From the NCBI GenBank assembly GCA_963748015.1, contig CAVVHE010000004.1, positions 256,001 through 320,000 of the forward strand: DNA of 64,000 bases, given 5' to 3'. The DNA is from Terriglobia bacterium (GTDB taxonomy: Bacteria > Acidobacteriota > Polarisedimenticolia > Polarisedimenticolales > JAIQFR01). Numbering within the stretch: the stretch's first letter is position 1; every line of letters begins with the position of its first letter. The notes beneath the pieces are model-generated. The model had not been told where the DNA came from. It saw only the letters and a program-made list of their open reading frames with translations, and ran no database searches. The translations under genes were made by a program, and so were the position numbers. Shown piece after piece: positions 37,264 through 48,205 of the stretch.

Positions 37264-37974
37264 CTACGACCGGGTCGGGAAGATCTCCTCCACGAGCTGG
37301 TTCCAGCGCGCTTCGTCGAGGTGGTCGGTCAGTCCCTCGATCGGGGCGCCGCCGTCCTGGAGCGTGGCGCCGACGAGCTGGGCGTCCGCCGACCCCGCCG
37401 CCACGAAATCGCGCAGCCTCTGGAGCTGTCCGCGCGCCCACGCGGTGGCCTCTTCCGCCACGAACATGCGCTTCAAGGCGGCGGAGAGGTCGCGCGGCGC
37501 GAGCCACAGCAGCCATCCCTGCCCGTAGGGGTCGTCCTGGATCCGCTCGGGCGTGGACTGCGCCACCGCGTTCACGCGGGTCACGACGCCGTCGACCGGC
37601 GAGCGGAGCGTGAGCGAGCGGGTGCCGCGGGTGAGGGTGGCGATCGGGTCGCCGCGACGCACCTCGGTGCCTTCCATCCTGAGCTCGATCCGGTCGGGCC
37701 GGCCGAGAAGGGCGGCGGGAATCATGTCCACGCCCATGCGCAGCGCGCCGGAGGGCTCGAGCTGGCACCACACGTGGCCGGGATCCACGAACACGCCGCT
37801 CGGAATCCGGTCGATCGGGACCGGGCTCCGGGTGGCGGACGCCTGAGCCGCGTGGGCCGGGACCCACTGCGCGACCTCGGCGGTGGCCTTGGCCTTCTTG
37901 AGCTCGGCGTGCTGGACGAAATAGTCGATGGTGAGAAGGGCGATGATGGTGAGCAGAACAAAGAGCGCGACCAT
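37264..37974 (-). CDS. Membrane-anchored GcvH-fold protein, no lipoyl lysine
   Basis: N-terminal TM helix, PGHVW, RSPVDGVVTRVN, DPYGQGWL, GATLQDGG. RBS AAGGAGG. Confidence 0.82.
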   Translation of the reverse strand: MVALFVLLTIIALLTIDYFVQHAELKKAKATAEVAQWVPAHAAQASATRSPVPIDRIPSGVFVDPGHVWCQLEPSGALRMGVDMIPAALLGRPDRIELRMEGTEVRRGDPIATLTRGTRSLTLRSPVDGVVTRVNAVAQSTPERIQDDPYGQGWLLWLAPRDLSAALKRMFVAEEATAWARGQLQRLRDFVAAGSADAQLVGATLQDGGAPIEGLTDHLDEARWNQLVEEIFPTRS

Positions 37975-38026
37975 GGCGGGCCTCCTTCAAGCTGGTGGTT
38001 GCTTCATCCTCACGCTCTCCTATAAG

Positions 38027-38043
38027 GGCAAGAGGCGGGCCAA
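38027..38043 (-). promoter_or_regulatory. Sigma-54 (-24/-12) promoter
   Basis: Minus strand TTGGCCCGCCTCTTGCC has exact GG-N10-GC spacing, about 50 nt upstream of ATG 37974, with an AT-rich tract upstream. Confidence 0.72.
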
Positions 38044-38152
38044 GATGGGCGCTCTTCAATACCTTCTTTATCTCAATACTGTAAGTCTTGGTACAGCACA
38101 ATATCACAACACTGGAAAGTCCAAAGAAGGTGGACCCATCAACGGAACGCTT

Positions 38153-38169
38153 TGTCGAAAGTGTTGACA
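38153..38169. promoter_or_regulatory. Candidate enhancer (UAS) for the sigma-54 activator
   Basis: Imperfect palindrome TGTCGA-AAGTG-TTGACA, about 110-125 bp upstream of the -24 box. Confidence 0.45.
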
Positions 38170-38394
38170 CCCATAGACGCAGATCGCCCGCGGCGAGAAG
38201 AAAACGAGCGTAAGTGCTCTGTAAAGCTGCACTTGCCCGCGAGTTGAGAGAATCAACGCCAAAGTTGCGAAGTTCTACAGCGAATCTGCCGGAGGGCAGG
38301 ACTCTCTCCACGTCGAGCCCTTCGCGAGCGTTGTGGGAGCGGAGCCTACTGATCGGGCGGGGTCGGACGGCGCGCGAGACTCAAGCGGCGGGAA

Positions 38395-38724
38395 TCAGTA
38401 GAACCCGAGCCGGAGCTTCGCTTCCTCGGACATCATGTCCTTGTGCCACATCGGCTCCCAGACCAGCTCGACGCGAGCTTCTCGGACCCCGGGCACCTCG
38501 AGGATGCGGGCCTCGACCTCGGACGGCAGGGATCCCGCGACGGGACACCCCGGGGCGGTCAGGGTCATCTTGACGTCGACCTTCCCCTCGGGGGAGATCT
38601 CGACGCTGTAGATCAGCCCGAGCTCCCAGATATCGACCGGGATCTCGGGGTCGAACACGGTCTTGAGCGCGGCGACGACGCTCCGCTCGAGCTCTTTCGG
38701 ATCGGGAACGGGTTCGGTCGACAT
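38395..38724 (-). CDS. sufT: SUF Fe-S assembly protein, DUF59/SufT type
   Basis: VFDPEIPVDIWELGLIY, MTLTAPGCP, LVWEPMW..MSEEAKL. Confidence 0.9.
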   Translation of the reverse strand: MSTEPVPDPKELERSVVAALKTVFDPEIPVDIWELGLIYSVEISPEGKVDVKMTLTAPGCPVAGSLPSEVEARILEVPGVREARVELVWEPMWHKDMMSEEAKLRLGFY

Positions 38725-38762
38725 CCGATGAACCTCCGGAGCGCCGCGGCGGCCGCCGGCGA

Positions 38763-39212
38763 TCACTCCGCGACGGCCTCGCCGGTGTCGGCGAGGGCCG
38801 AGCGGAGGGTGTGCCACGCGAGGACCGCGCACTTCACCCGCATGGGGAACTCGCGCACGCCCGCGAACACGGCGAGCTTGCCGAGCCCGGAAGGCGGGGC
38901 CGAGGGCTCCTCGGCCGACGTCATCATCTCGTGGAAGCGGGAGAACAGCTGCTCCACGTCCGCGACCGTTCTTCCCTTGAGGGTCTCCGTCATCATGGAG
39001 GCGGACGCCGTGGAGATCGCGCACCCCGAGCCCTGGAACGACGCCTCGGCAACCACGCCGTCGCGGACCAGGAGGTAGACGGTCACCTTGTCCCCGCACA
39101 GCGGGTTGTACCCCTCCGCGTGCCGGTTGGCGCCTTCCATCTTCTTGAAGTTGCGCGGCCGCTTGCTGTGGTCGAGGATCACTTCCTGGTACAGGTCGCG
39201 AAGGTCGGACAT
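38763..39212 (-). CDS. sufU: SUF system NifU-family protein SufU
   Basis: LYQEVILDH, NPLCGD, GCAISTASAS, PMRVKCA. Confidence 0.95.
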   Translation of the reverse strand: MSDLRDLYQEVILDHSKRPRNFKKMEGANRHAEGYNPLCGDKVTVYLLVRDGVVAEASFQGSGCAISTASASMMTETLKGRTVADVEQLFSRFHEMMTSAEEPSAPPSGLGKLAVFAGVREFPMRVKCAVLAWHTLRSALADTGEAVAE

Positions 39213-40465
39213 CAGCCGAGCACCTCGAGCACCTTGCGGATGCCCTTCGCGAAGACCTCGACTTCCTCGGCCGTATTGTACAGTCCGAAAGACGCTCTTG
39301 CCGTGGCCGGGACCCCGAACCGCTCCATCACCGGCTGGGCGCAGAGGTGGCCCGCCCGGATCGCGATCCCCTCGCTGTCCATGACCGTGCCGACGTCGTG
39401 CGGGTGGATTCCCTCGATCGCGAACGAGAGGACCGAGGCCTTCTCCCGGGCCGTGCCGATGATGCGGACGCGCGGGACCGTCTCCATGAAGCGCGTGGCG
39501 CGCTCGAGGAGGTCGGCTTCGTGGGCCGCGATCGCCTCGAGCCCGATCTCCTCCACGTAGTCGATGGCGGCGCCGAGGACGACCGCGCCGCCGATGTCCG
39601 GCGTGCCCGCCTCGAACTTGTAGGGGATCTCGTTATAGGTGGTCTTCTCGAAGGTGACGCTGCGGATCATGTCGCCGCCCCCCTGGTACGGGGGCATGGC
39701 CTCGAGGAGCTCGGCCCGGCCGTAGAGCACTCCCACGCCGGTGGGGCCGTACAGCTTGTGACCCGAGAAGGCGTAGAAGTCGCAGCCGAGTTCCTGGAGG
39801 TCCACCGGCTGGTGCGCGACCGCCTGCGCGCCGTCCACCAGCACGGGCACCCCGTGGCGGTGCGCGGTCTCGACGATCCGCCGGATCGGGTTGACGGTCC
39901 CGAGGGCGTTCGACACGTGCGCGACCGCGACGATGCGGGTGCGGGGGGAGAGGAGCCGCTCGAACTCCTCGTAGATCAGCTCTCCGCGGTCGTCGATCGG
40001 GATGACCACGATGCGGCAGCCCCGCTCCTGGCAGAGGATCTGCCAGGGGACGATGTTCGAGTGATGCTCCATCCCGGAGACCAGGATCTCGTCGCCGGGG
40101 TTGACGTGGGTGCGTCCCCACGTGTGCGAGACGAGGTTGATCGCCTCGGTCGTTCCGCGCACGAACACGATCTCGCGGCTGTCCGCGGCGCCGACGAACT
40201 CCTGGACTTTCTTTCGCGCCGACTCGTACGCTTCCGTGGCCTCCTCGCTGAGCAGGTAGACGCCGCGGTGGATGTTCGAGTAGCCCGCCGCGTAGAAGTG
40301 CCCCATCGCCTCGATCACCGGGGTGGGCTTCTGCGTGCTCGCGGCGTTGTCGAGGTACACGAGGGGCTTCCCGTGCATGAGGCGCTTCAGGATCGGGAAA
40401 TCCTCGCGAATCCTCGCGACGTCGAACGCGACGCCGGCTTCGTCGGCCTTCCTGGCGGCCCTCAT
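39212..40465 (-). CDS. sufS: Cysteine desulfurase SufS
   Basis: YLDNAASTQKP, FSGHKLYGPTG, RAGHLCA. Confidence 0.96.
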   Translation of the reverse strand: MRAARKADEAGVAFDVARIREDFPILKRLMHGKPLVYLDNAASTQKPTPVIEAMGHFYAAGYSNIHRGVYLLSEEATEAYESARKKVQEFVGAADSREIVFVRGTTEAINLVSHTWGRTHVNPGDEILVSGMEHHSNIVPWQILCQERGCRIVVIPIDDRGELIYEEFERLLSPRTRIVAVAHVSNALGTVNPIRRIVETAHRHGVPVLVDGAQAVAHQPVDLQELGCDFYAFSGHKLYGPTGVGVLYGRAELLEAMPPYQGGGDMIRSVTFEKTTYNEIPYKFEAGTPDIGGAVVLGAAIDYVEEIGLEAIAAHEADLLERATRFMETVPRVRIIGTAREKASVLSFAIEGIHPHDVGTVMDSEGIAIRAGHLCAQPVMERFGVPATARASFGLYNTAEEVEVFAKGIRKVLEVLG

Positions 40466-41805
40466 GCAACCCCCTCGGGGCCCGACTCGGCGGGCAGGCG
40501 CGATGCGATCTCGTCCTCGAGCCGCTCCCGGACCCCCTCGAGCGGGATCCTCTCGAGCACCTCGCCGACGAACGCCCGGATCAAGAGGTGCCGGGCCGCC
40601 TCCGGTCCCAGGCCGCGGGAGCGCAGGTAGAAGATCGCCTCGGGATCGAGCTGCCCCACGGTGGCGCCGTGGGTGCACTTGACGTCGTTGGCGTAGATCT
40701 CGAGCTGCGGGCGGGTGAACACGAGCGCGTCCCGGGAAAGCAGGAGGTTCCGGTTCGACTGGAACGCGTTGGTCCCCTGCGCGTCCGGCCTCACGTGGAT
40801 CCTCCCGTTGAAGACCGCGCGCGCGGTGCCGCCGAGAATTCCCTTGTAGAGCTGCCGGCTCGTGCCCTCCGGGACGGCGTGGTCGAGCGACGTCCGGTGG
40901 TCCACGTGACGGGTGCCGTCGGCAAGATAGAGGCCGTGCAGGACGCACTCGGCTCCGGCGGCGGCGAGCGTCGCGCCGACCTCGACGCGCGCCCAGCGAG
41001 CGCCGAGCGAGAGCGCGTGGGACGCGAAGCGCGCCCCCGCGCCGAGCCGCGCGTCGAGCGAGCCGAGGTGCACCGCCGCGGCGCCTTCCGCCTGCAAGCG
41101 CAGGTGGTCGAGCGCGGCGCCGTCTCCGATTTCCGCCTCCGCCGCCGCGCTCGTGAGCCCGGCGCCGCCGTCCGAGGAGAGGAAGGTCTCGACGATCGTC
41201 GCCCGGCTCCCGGGTTCCGCCACGATCAGCGTGCGGGAGCAAGTCATCTCGGTCTCGGCGCGGCGCGCGGTCACGTGCACGACGTGGACGGGCTCTTCCA
41301 CGGCGACCCCCGCGGGGATCCGCACCACCGCCGCGTCCTCGAAGAAGGCGGCGTTCATCGCGAGGAACGGCCGCGACTCGGACGATCCGATCCGGCCGAG
41401 CCGGGCCAGGGTGTTAGCCGGCAGCTCCCCGAGAGCCGCCGCGAGCGGGCCGGCGAAGAAGCCGGCATCGCGCGCCGGGAGGGCCGACAGCGCGGGGGCG
41501 AACCGGCCGTCCACGAGGACCAGCCGGAACTTCCCGGCGAACGCGAGGCGGGCGCTCGCGAGGAGGCCGGCCGTCTCGGGCGCCGGTCTCGCGGGGGCGG
41601 TCCGGAAGGGCGACCCGGCGACCGGCCCGACCGGGGTCTGGCGCCAGGCCTCCTCGCGGCCGGTCGGAAGCCCCGAGGACTCGAGGCGCCCGATCGACTC
41701 GCGGCGCAGCGCGACGAGCCACGACGGCTCCTTCGCATCGCGGTCCCGGCCCCGCTCGGCGAACGCCGAAAGGTAGGGCTCTGTCTCGGCGGCGGCTCGG
41801 ATCAT
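40462..41805 (-). CDS. sufD: Fe-S cluster assembly protein SufD
   Basis: EAWRQT, QLYKGIL, PQLEIYANDVKCTHGATVGQLD, FYLRSRG. Confidence 0.94.
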   Translation of the reverse strand: MIRAAAETEPYLSAFAERGRDRDAKEPSWLVALRRESIGRLESSGLPTGREEAWRQTPVGPVAGSPFRTAPARPAPETAGLLASARLAFAGKFRLVLVDGRFAPALSALPARDAGFFAGPLAAALGELPANTLARLGRIGSSESRPFLAMNAAFFEDAAVVRIPAGVAVEEPVHVVHVTARRAETEMTCSRTLIVAEPGSRATIVETFLSSDGGAGLTSAAAEAEIGDGAALDHLRLQAEGAAAVHLGSLDARLGAGARFASHALSLGARWARVEVGATLAAAGAECVLHGLYLADGTRHVDHRTSLDHAVPEGTSRQLYKGILGGTARAVFNGRIHVRPDAQGTNAFQSNRNLLLSRDALVFTRPQLEIYANDVKCTHGATVGQLDPEAIFYLRSRGLGPEAARHLLIRAFVGEVLERIPLEGVRERLEDEIASRLPAESGPEGVA

Positions 41806-41819
41806 CTTCCGGCTCCCCG

Positions 41820-42616
<797 letters not shown>

Positions 42617-42620
<4 letters not shown>

Positions 42621-44062
42621 CCGACGCTCCCCTCGAGGCTCACGCCCAGCAGCTTCTGCGCCTCGACCGCGAACTCCATCGGCAGCTCGCGGAACACTTC
42701 CTTGCAGAACCCGTTGACGATCATGCCGACGGCGTCCTCGGCCGAGATCCCGCGCTGCTGGCAGTAGAAGATCTGGTCCTCGCCGATCTTGGAGACCGAC
42801 GCCTCGTGCTCCACCGTCGCCGACGGGTTCCCCACGTCGATGTACGGGAAGGTGTGCGCGCCGCACTTGTCGCCCAGCAGCATCGAGTCGCACTGGGAGT
42901 AGTTCCGCGCGCCCTCGGCCCCCTTCAGGATCTTCACCTGGCCGCGGTAGGTGTTCTGCCCGTGCCCCGCGGAGATCCCCTTCGAGACGATGGTGCTCCG
43001 CGTGTTCTTCCCGACGTGGATCATCTTGGTGCCGGTGTCCGCCTGCTGCCGGTTGGCGGCGACGGCGACGGAGTAGAACTCGCCGACCGACTCGTCCCCC
43101 TGCAGGATGCAGCTCGGGTACTTCCAGGTGATCGCGGATCCGGTCTCCACCTGCGTCCACGAGATCTTGGACCGGCGGCCGGCGGCCTTGCCACGCTTGG
43201 TCACGAAGTTGTAGATCCCGCCCTTGCCGTCCTTGTCTCCCGGGTACCAGTTCTGGACCGTGGAGTACTTGATCGTCGCCCCCTCGAGCGCGACGAGCTC
43301 GACCACCGCGGCGTGGAGCTGGTTCTCGTCGCGCGCAGGGGCGGTGCACCCCTCGAGGTAGCTCACGTACGCCCCCTCCTCGGCGACGATCAGCGTCCGC
43401 TCGAACTGCCCGGTGTTCGCGGCGTTGATGCGGAAGTAGGTGCTCAGCTCCATCGGGCAGCGGACGCCCTTCGGGACGAAGCAGAACGAGCCGTCGCTGA
43501 ACACCGCGGAGTTGAGGGCGGCGAAGAAGTTGTCCGTGTGAGGGACCACCGTGCCGAGGTACTTCCTCACCAGCTCCGGGTGCTCGCGGACCGCCTCGGA
43601 AAACGGGCAGAAGACGACGCCGAGCTCCGCGAGCTTGCCCTTGAAGGTCGTGGCCACCGAGACGCTGTCGAACACCGCGTCCACCGCGACCCCCGCCAGC
43701 AGCTCCCGCTCCCGCAGCGGTATGCCGAGCTTCTCGTAGGTGCGGAGCAGCTCGGGGTCCACGTCCTCGAGGCTCTTAGGCCGGTTCGCGGACTTCGGCG
43801 CGGCGTAGTAGACGATCTTCCCGTAGTCGATGGGCGGGTACTCGATGTGAGCCCAGTGGGGCTCCTTCATCTCGAGCCAGTGCCGGAACGCGCGCAGCCG
43901 CCACTCGAGCATGAACTCCGGCTCGTGCTTCCGGGCCGAGATCGCGCGTACCACGTCCTCGTCGAGCCCCGGGGGGAGCGACTCGGACTCGATGTCGGTG
44001 ACGAACCCGTACTTGTACTCGCGGTTCGCGAGCTCCTCCATGGAGGTCGTCTCTTCGCTCAT
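42617..44062 (-). CDS. sufB: Fe-S cluster assembly protein SufB
   Basis: [34 protein letters not shown]. Confidence 0.97.
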
Positions 44063-44580
44063 GACGTCTCCATCGCGCCGCGGTCCGCCGAGGCCGTCGC
44101 CGGCCTCGGGTCGTCGCCGGCCGTCGCGGAGTCCGCGCCGGCGGGCACCGGGCCGAGCGAGATCAGGGAGGGGATCGGGGAGCCCACCATCTCGGAGAGC
44201 GGGATCATCTCGAGTGCGCCGCGGACGGCGAGGCTGATCCGCTGCCAGTTGATCCGGACGGGGCAGCTCGGCTCCTGCTCGCAGCTCCCCGGGTTCGAGG
44301 AACACTCGGTCATGCCGATCGGTCCCTCGAGGGCGCCGATGATGTCGCCCATCGTGATCCGGTCCGGGAGCCGGGCCAGGCTGTAGCCGCCCTTGACCCC
44401 CCGGTGGGAGGCCAGGATTCCCCCCCGGGCGAGCGTCTTCAGGATCTTGCTGACCATCGGGACCGGCAGCCGGCATTCCCGCGCCGCGTCACGCGCCGTG
44501 AGGATGCGCTCCGGCGGCCTGCTGGCCAGATAGGCCAGAAGGATGATCCCGTAGTCGGTTTGTCGCGTAATACGGATCAT
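44059..44580 (-). CDS. Rrf2-family regulator of the suf operon
   Basis: [24 protein letters not shown], three Cys (TECS..SCE..SCP). RBS GGAGG. Confidence 0.92.
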   Translation of the reverse strand: MIRITRQTDYGIILLAYLASRPPERILTARDAARECRLPVPMVSKILKTLARGGILASHRGVKGGYSLARLPDRITMGDIIGALEGPIGMTECSSNPGSCEQEPSCPVRINWQRISLAVRGALEMIPLSEMVGSPIPSLISLGPVPAGADSATAGDDPRPATASADRGAMETS

Positions 44581-44733
44581 GCCGGCCGCCTCCCGAATAA
44601 ATCGTACTATCAAGGTCCACTTTCCGCAAGAGGGTCGGTCCGGCGGCCGCGACCGGCTGGAAAGCGCCGTGCGGGCTACACTATCCCGGTTCCGCGACCG
44701 GATATCGCCCCAACGGGGGCGGGGAGGATCGGG

Positions 44734-47700
44734 ATGCTCGCGACGCGGCTGGGAGAGAAGGAAAGCAGGGGAGGCGCGGCCGGCAGGGATCGGTCCGAGC
44801 GTGTCCGGCTCGCGGCTCGCCGGACGGCGCTCGCCGTGCTCGCGGCGCTCGTCGCGGGTCTCGGCGTCACGAGGCTCGTCCCCCAGGAACCGCCAGGCCT
44901 TCCGCTCGCGGTCGGGAACACGGGATGGGTGGACGTCGACTACGGTCCGCTCGTCAACCGGCGCGAGCTGACCCACTCCGGCGATTCGGTGGGCGGCCTC
45001 CTCGTGAGGCTGGACGGCAGGCCCTATCCGGTGCCGGGCGAGAGGCTCGAGGACAGGGGGATGCACCGCCTCCTCGACCCGATCCTCGAGCCGTACGCGT
45101 TCGTGCTGCCCGACGTCCTCGACTCGCTCTCGGCCGTTCCGGACCCGCCGCTCGTCGAGGTCGGCGACCTGTGGCGGCCGGGCGAGGCGCAGCCGGCGTG
45201 GGCCGAGCTCTTGCGGGCGAGGCACTACGTGGTCGAGAGCGACGGGCAGGGGCGCTTCCGCGCGTGCGTCCCCTGGGCGCCGCCGCCCGCCACCGCAGGC
45301 CCCGCGGTCTCCGCCGGAACGGCCGCGCGCGAGGCCTGGGAGGCCGCGTGGCCGGTGCTCCGCCACGTCGTCGCCGCGGAGAGGCGCCTGCTCGCGCTGC
45401 GGGCCGGCGACAGGCCCGAGTCGCACCCGGTCGACGTCGAGGTCCACGCCTACGTGCACTCCCCCGAGCGCACGAAGTTCCGCCTCGGCCTCGAGACCTA
45501 CCGCGTCCGCGTGGAGAGCACGGCCGCGCGCGGCAAACGGCCGCCTCTCGACGTCGCCGCCTGGCAGGGGTTCGTCGATCGCGGGCTCGAGCTCGAAGGC
45601 GGGCTCCTCGCTCCCGACGGGACCCTGCGGCTCCTCGGTTCCCCCGCGGCCACGCCCCCCGGGCTCCTCGGCGGGAAGGCGACCCTCTCCGATTTCGCGG
45701 TCGCTTACCGCGCGGTGTTCCACGGCGGGCGCGCCGAGCCGTACATGAGCCTCGACCGGGGGGATGCGCCGCACGTCTCGAAGGTGAACTTCGGCGGCCG
45801 GCTGCAGGACACGTCGCTCGGTCTCGTCAGTCTTCGGAGCGACATCCGATTCAAGACCTTCAGCGTCGGGATCGACGTGACCGAGGGGGCGGACGCGCGG
45901 GAGGCCTTGAGGCGGGCGGTCCCGTCGTTCCGCACCCACCTCGAGCGCTTCGCGACCGACCCGGCGTCCAAGGGAATGATGGGGCAGCAGACGCGGCTGT
46001 GGTTCTACCCCGACGACGTCAACGTCAGCCTCTCCGCCGAGGAGGACGTGATGGTGATGCGGCGCGCTCGGATGACCGCGGCCTCCGAGCGGGTGCAGGA
46101 CGCGACGCAGGGGGCCCCGCCGGTCGAGGACCCGCCCTGGACCAAGGCGACGATCGCCGCGATCAACCGCGACTACGACGCGCTCTCGCGCGCGCTGCCC
46201 GAGCTCCGCGATCTCGACCGTGTGGCCCGGCTCCTGACGATGTTCACCTGGCTGCGCCAGGAGGCCGCCGAGGGACGGGTCATCCCGGACCTCGACGCCC
46301 TGCTCGACGTGACGCTCCCGGCGCTCCCGACGGCGAGGCGCTTCCCGCAGCTGCTCGCGTTCAACGCCCTTCCGCCCAGCGGCGGGCAGGGCGACGCGGA
46401 CGTGGTCGATCGCGCACCCGTCGCCGAGGCGCTCGAGCGGCTCCGGCCGGCCGACGGGATGATGCTCCCCGCGGCGCGGCGCCTCGAGCGCGCGGTCGCT
46501 GCGCTCGACCGTTCCGTCCCGTCGCACGACGCGCTCGCGAAGGAGCTTCTGGGCCTCGAAGTCTCGAAGCTCGACCCGGCGGCGATCGACGGGGAGGCCT
46601 ACCGCGCGGAGCGTCTCGTCATGCACCAGCTCGTGCTCCGCACGCTCGCTCCGCAGGAGCGCGACAGATTCAAGGCGAAGGAGAAGGCCCTCGGCGGGCT
46701 GCGCGCGTTCAGCGTCGGCATCGGCGGTGTCGACCTCGGGATGTCGCAGGCGCTCGAGCGCGCATCGAGGCGCGACGCGAGCCGCGACCCAGGAGGCGCG
46801 CCGCGCGAGCAGGGCACGCGCGCCGCGCCGGCGCCCGCGGGCGCCGCGAGCTCCGCCGTCTCCGGCGCGATCGCGCCGGAGGACCCGGCGGTAGGGCCCG
46901 TGCTGCCCGAACACGGCGCGGACCCGCGCGCGAGGAAGGAGTACGCGCGGGAGATCGGGACGAGCCGCATCCGGAAGTCCATGTACGGCTCGACGCCGGT
47001 GCCGCGCCCCTTCCTCCACGTCGTGATGGGGGCGGACGGGCCGGACGCGCGCAGCCGTCTCGTCGTGATGGACCTCGACGGGAGGGCGCAGACGTTCGAG
47101 CGCTCCGACGGCTGGCGATTCCTTCGCTACGCGCTCGAGCCGAGGGGAGACGCCCTCGTCGCGCGTCTCGTGGCGCAGCCGCCGATCCCCGCGACCCTGT
47201 TGACCCCGAGGCCTCCCGACACGCCGATCTCCGATCTGCCGGGATCCCTTTCCACCCTCGAGGTCGTGCCGGACCCGGCGGCGGGGGCCGCCGAGAGCCC
47301 GTCGGTTCGACTCAGGACCCGGGCCTCGGGCCGCCCCGCGGCGGAGGCCGGCTTCCCGCGCCGCGTCCTGCAGAGGCTGGTCCTCGGCGCGGGCGTGGAT
47401 CTGTCCGCGGGGAACCCTCTCCCGGGCCTCGGCTCCCCGCAGCAGGCGTTCGGGAGCGCAACGCGCGTGATGGCGCTGATGCGACCGGCGCAGGAGCTGC
47501 CGCCGTGGTCGGGGACCTCGGAGCCTCTTCCCGGGGAGGAGGACCCGGTGAAGCTCGGAGTCGCCGCCGGCCGCTGGTGGGCGGCGGATCCCGCGGCCGC
47601 CGGGGCGGTCCCCCTGGTCGTCCTCGGGACGTCCGGCGCGCGGTCGGTCGAGCGGTGGGAGAAGGCCCCGGCGCCCGTGAGCGGAGCGCTTCTCCTCCTT

Positions 47701-48120
47701 CCCGACGACGCCTTCCCCGGCCCCGTGGCCCCGATCCGGGAAGAGATCGCTGCGGCGTGGGGGACCGAGCGGACGGCGCGGACGCTCGCGCCCGGGAAGG
47801 TTCCGGATCTCGTCGTCCTCGCGAGCGCCGAGCCGCCGGCGCTCCTGGGGGCACGCTTGAGAGCGCTCGCTCGCGATCCCGCGATGAAGGGGAAGCTCCT
47901 CGCGGTCTGGCCGATTGGCGGACCGGTGCGGGGAGACCTCCCCGCTTCGCTCCTCGACGAGGGGAACCTCGCCGGGTTCGGGATCGGCGAGTGGTCGCCC
48001 GTCGGGCTTCACCGCTTCGCCCGCGAGGCCGGTCGCCTCGCGCAGTCCACGTCCGGCGGCCCGGCGGCGCGGAAGGGGAGGGCCGAGGAGCTGGCGCCGT
48101 ACTTCGCCTGGTACTTCTGA
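44734..48120 (+). CDS. Large membrane-anchored hypothetical protein (~1130 aa) with a DUF1598-like central region
   Basis: RBS GGAGG, N-terminal TM helix, coding-like codon pattern. SDIRFKTFSVG, RLWFYP and YDALSRALPELRDL resemble DUF1598 from memory (unverified). Confidence 0.6.
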   Translation: MLATRLGEKESRGGAAGRDRSERVRLAARRTALAVLAALVAGLGVTRLVPQEPPGLPLAVGNTGWVDVDYGPLVNRRELTHSGDSVGGLLVRLDGRPYPVPGERLEDRGMHRLLDPILEPYAFVLPDVLDSLSAVPDPPLVEVGDLWRPGEAQPAWAELLRARHYVVESDGQGRFRACVPWAPPPATAGPAVSAGTAAREAWEAAWPVLRHVVAAERRLLALRAGDRPESHPVDVEVHAYVHSPERTKFRLGLETYRVRVESTAARGKRPPLDVAAWQGFVDRGLELEGGLLAPDGTLRLLGSPAATPPGLLGGKATLSDFAVAYRAVFHGGRAEPYMSLDRGDAPHVSKVNFGGRLQDTSLGLVSLRSDIRFKTFSVGIDVTEGADAREALRRAVPSFRTHLERFATDPASKGMMGQQTRLWFYPDDVNVSLSAEEDVMVMRRARMTAASERVQDATQGAPPVEDPPWTKATIAAINRDYDALSRALPELRDLDRVARLLTMFTWLRQEAAEGRVIPDLDALLDVTLPALPTARRFPQLLAFNALPPSGGQGDADVVDRAPVAEALERLRPADGMMLPAARRLERAVAALDRSVPSHDALAKELLGLEVSKLDPAAIDGEAYRAERLVMHQLVLRTLAPQERDRFKAKEKALGGLRAFSVGIGGVDLGMSQALERASRRDASRDPGGAPREQGTRAAPAPAGAASSAVSGAIAPEDPAVGPVLPEHGADPRARKEYAREIGTSRIRKSMYGSTPVPRPFLHVVMGADGPDARSRLVVMDLDGRAQTFERSDGWRFLRYALEPRGDALVARLVAQPPIPATLLTPRPPDTPISDLPGSLSTLEVVPDPAAGAAESPSVRLRTRASGRPAAEAGFPRRVLQRLVLGAGVDLSAGNPLPGLGSPQQAFGSATRVMALMRPAQELPPWSGTSEPLPGEEDPVKLGVAAGRWWAADPAAAGAVPLVVLGTSGARSVERWEKAPAPVSGALLLLPDDAFPGPVAPIREEIAAAWGTERTARTLAPGKVPDLVVLASAEPPALLGARLRALARDPAMKGKLLAVWPIGGPVRGDLPASLLDEGNLAGFGIGEWSPVGLHRFAREAGRLAQSTSGGPAARKGRAEELAPYFAWYF

Positions 48121-48205
48121 CCGGCCCGCGTCGGGGCCGCCGCCGGTTCCGGTATGATGTCGGCCTTTATCGCCTTGGAGGGGGAATGCGTCGAGGCTCG
48201 CGGGC

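Noticed and set aside
33974..37974. Glycine cleavage system (gcvH)
   Set aside because: No lipoyl lysine, extra domains, and no gcvP/gcvT/lpd nearby.
38040..38300. Foreign DNA or a small ORF in the AT-rich stretch
   Set aside because: Short and explained by sigma-54 promoter architecture. The overlapping ORFs lack an RBS and coding-like composition.
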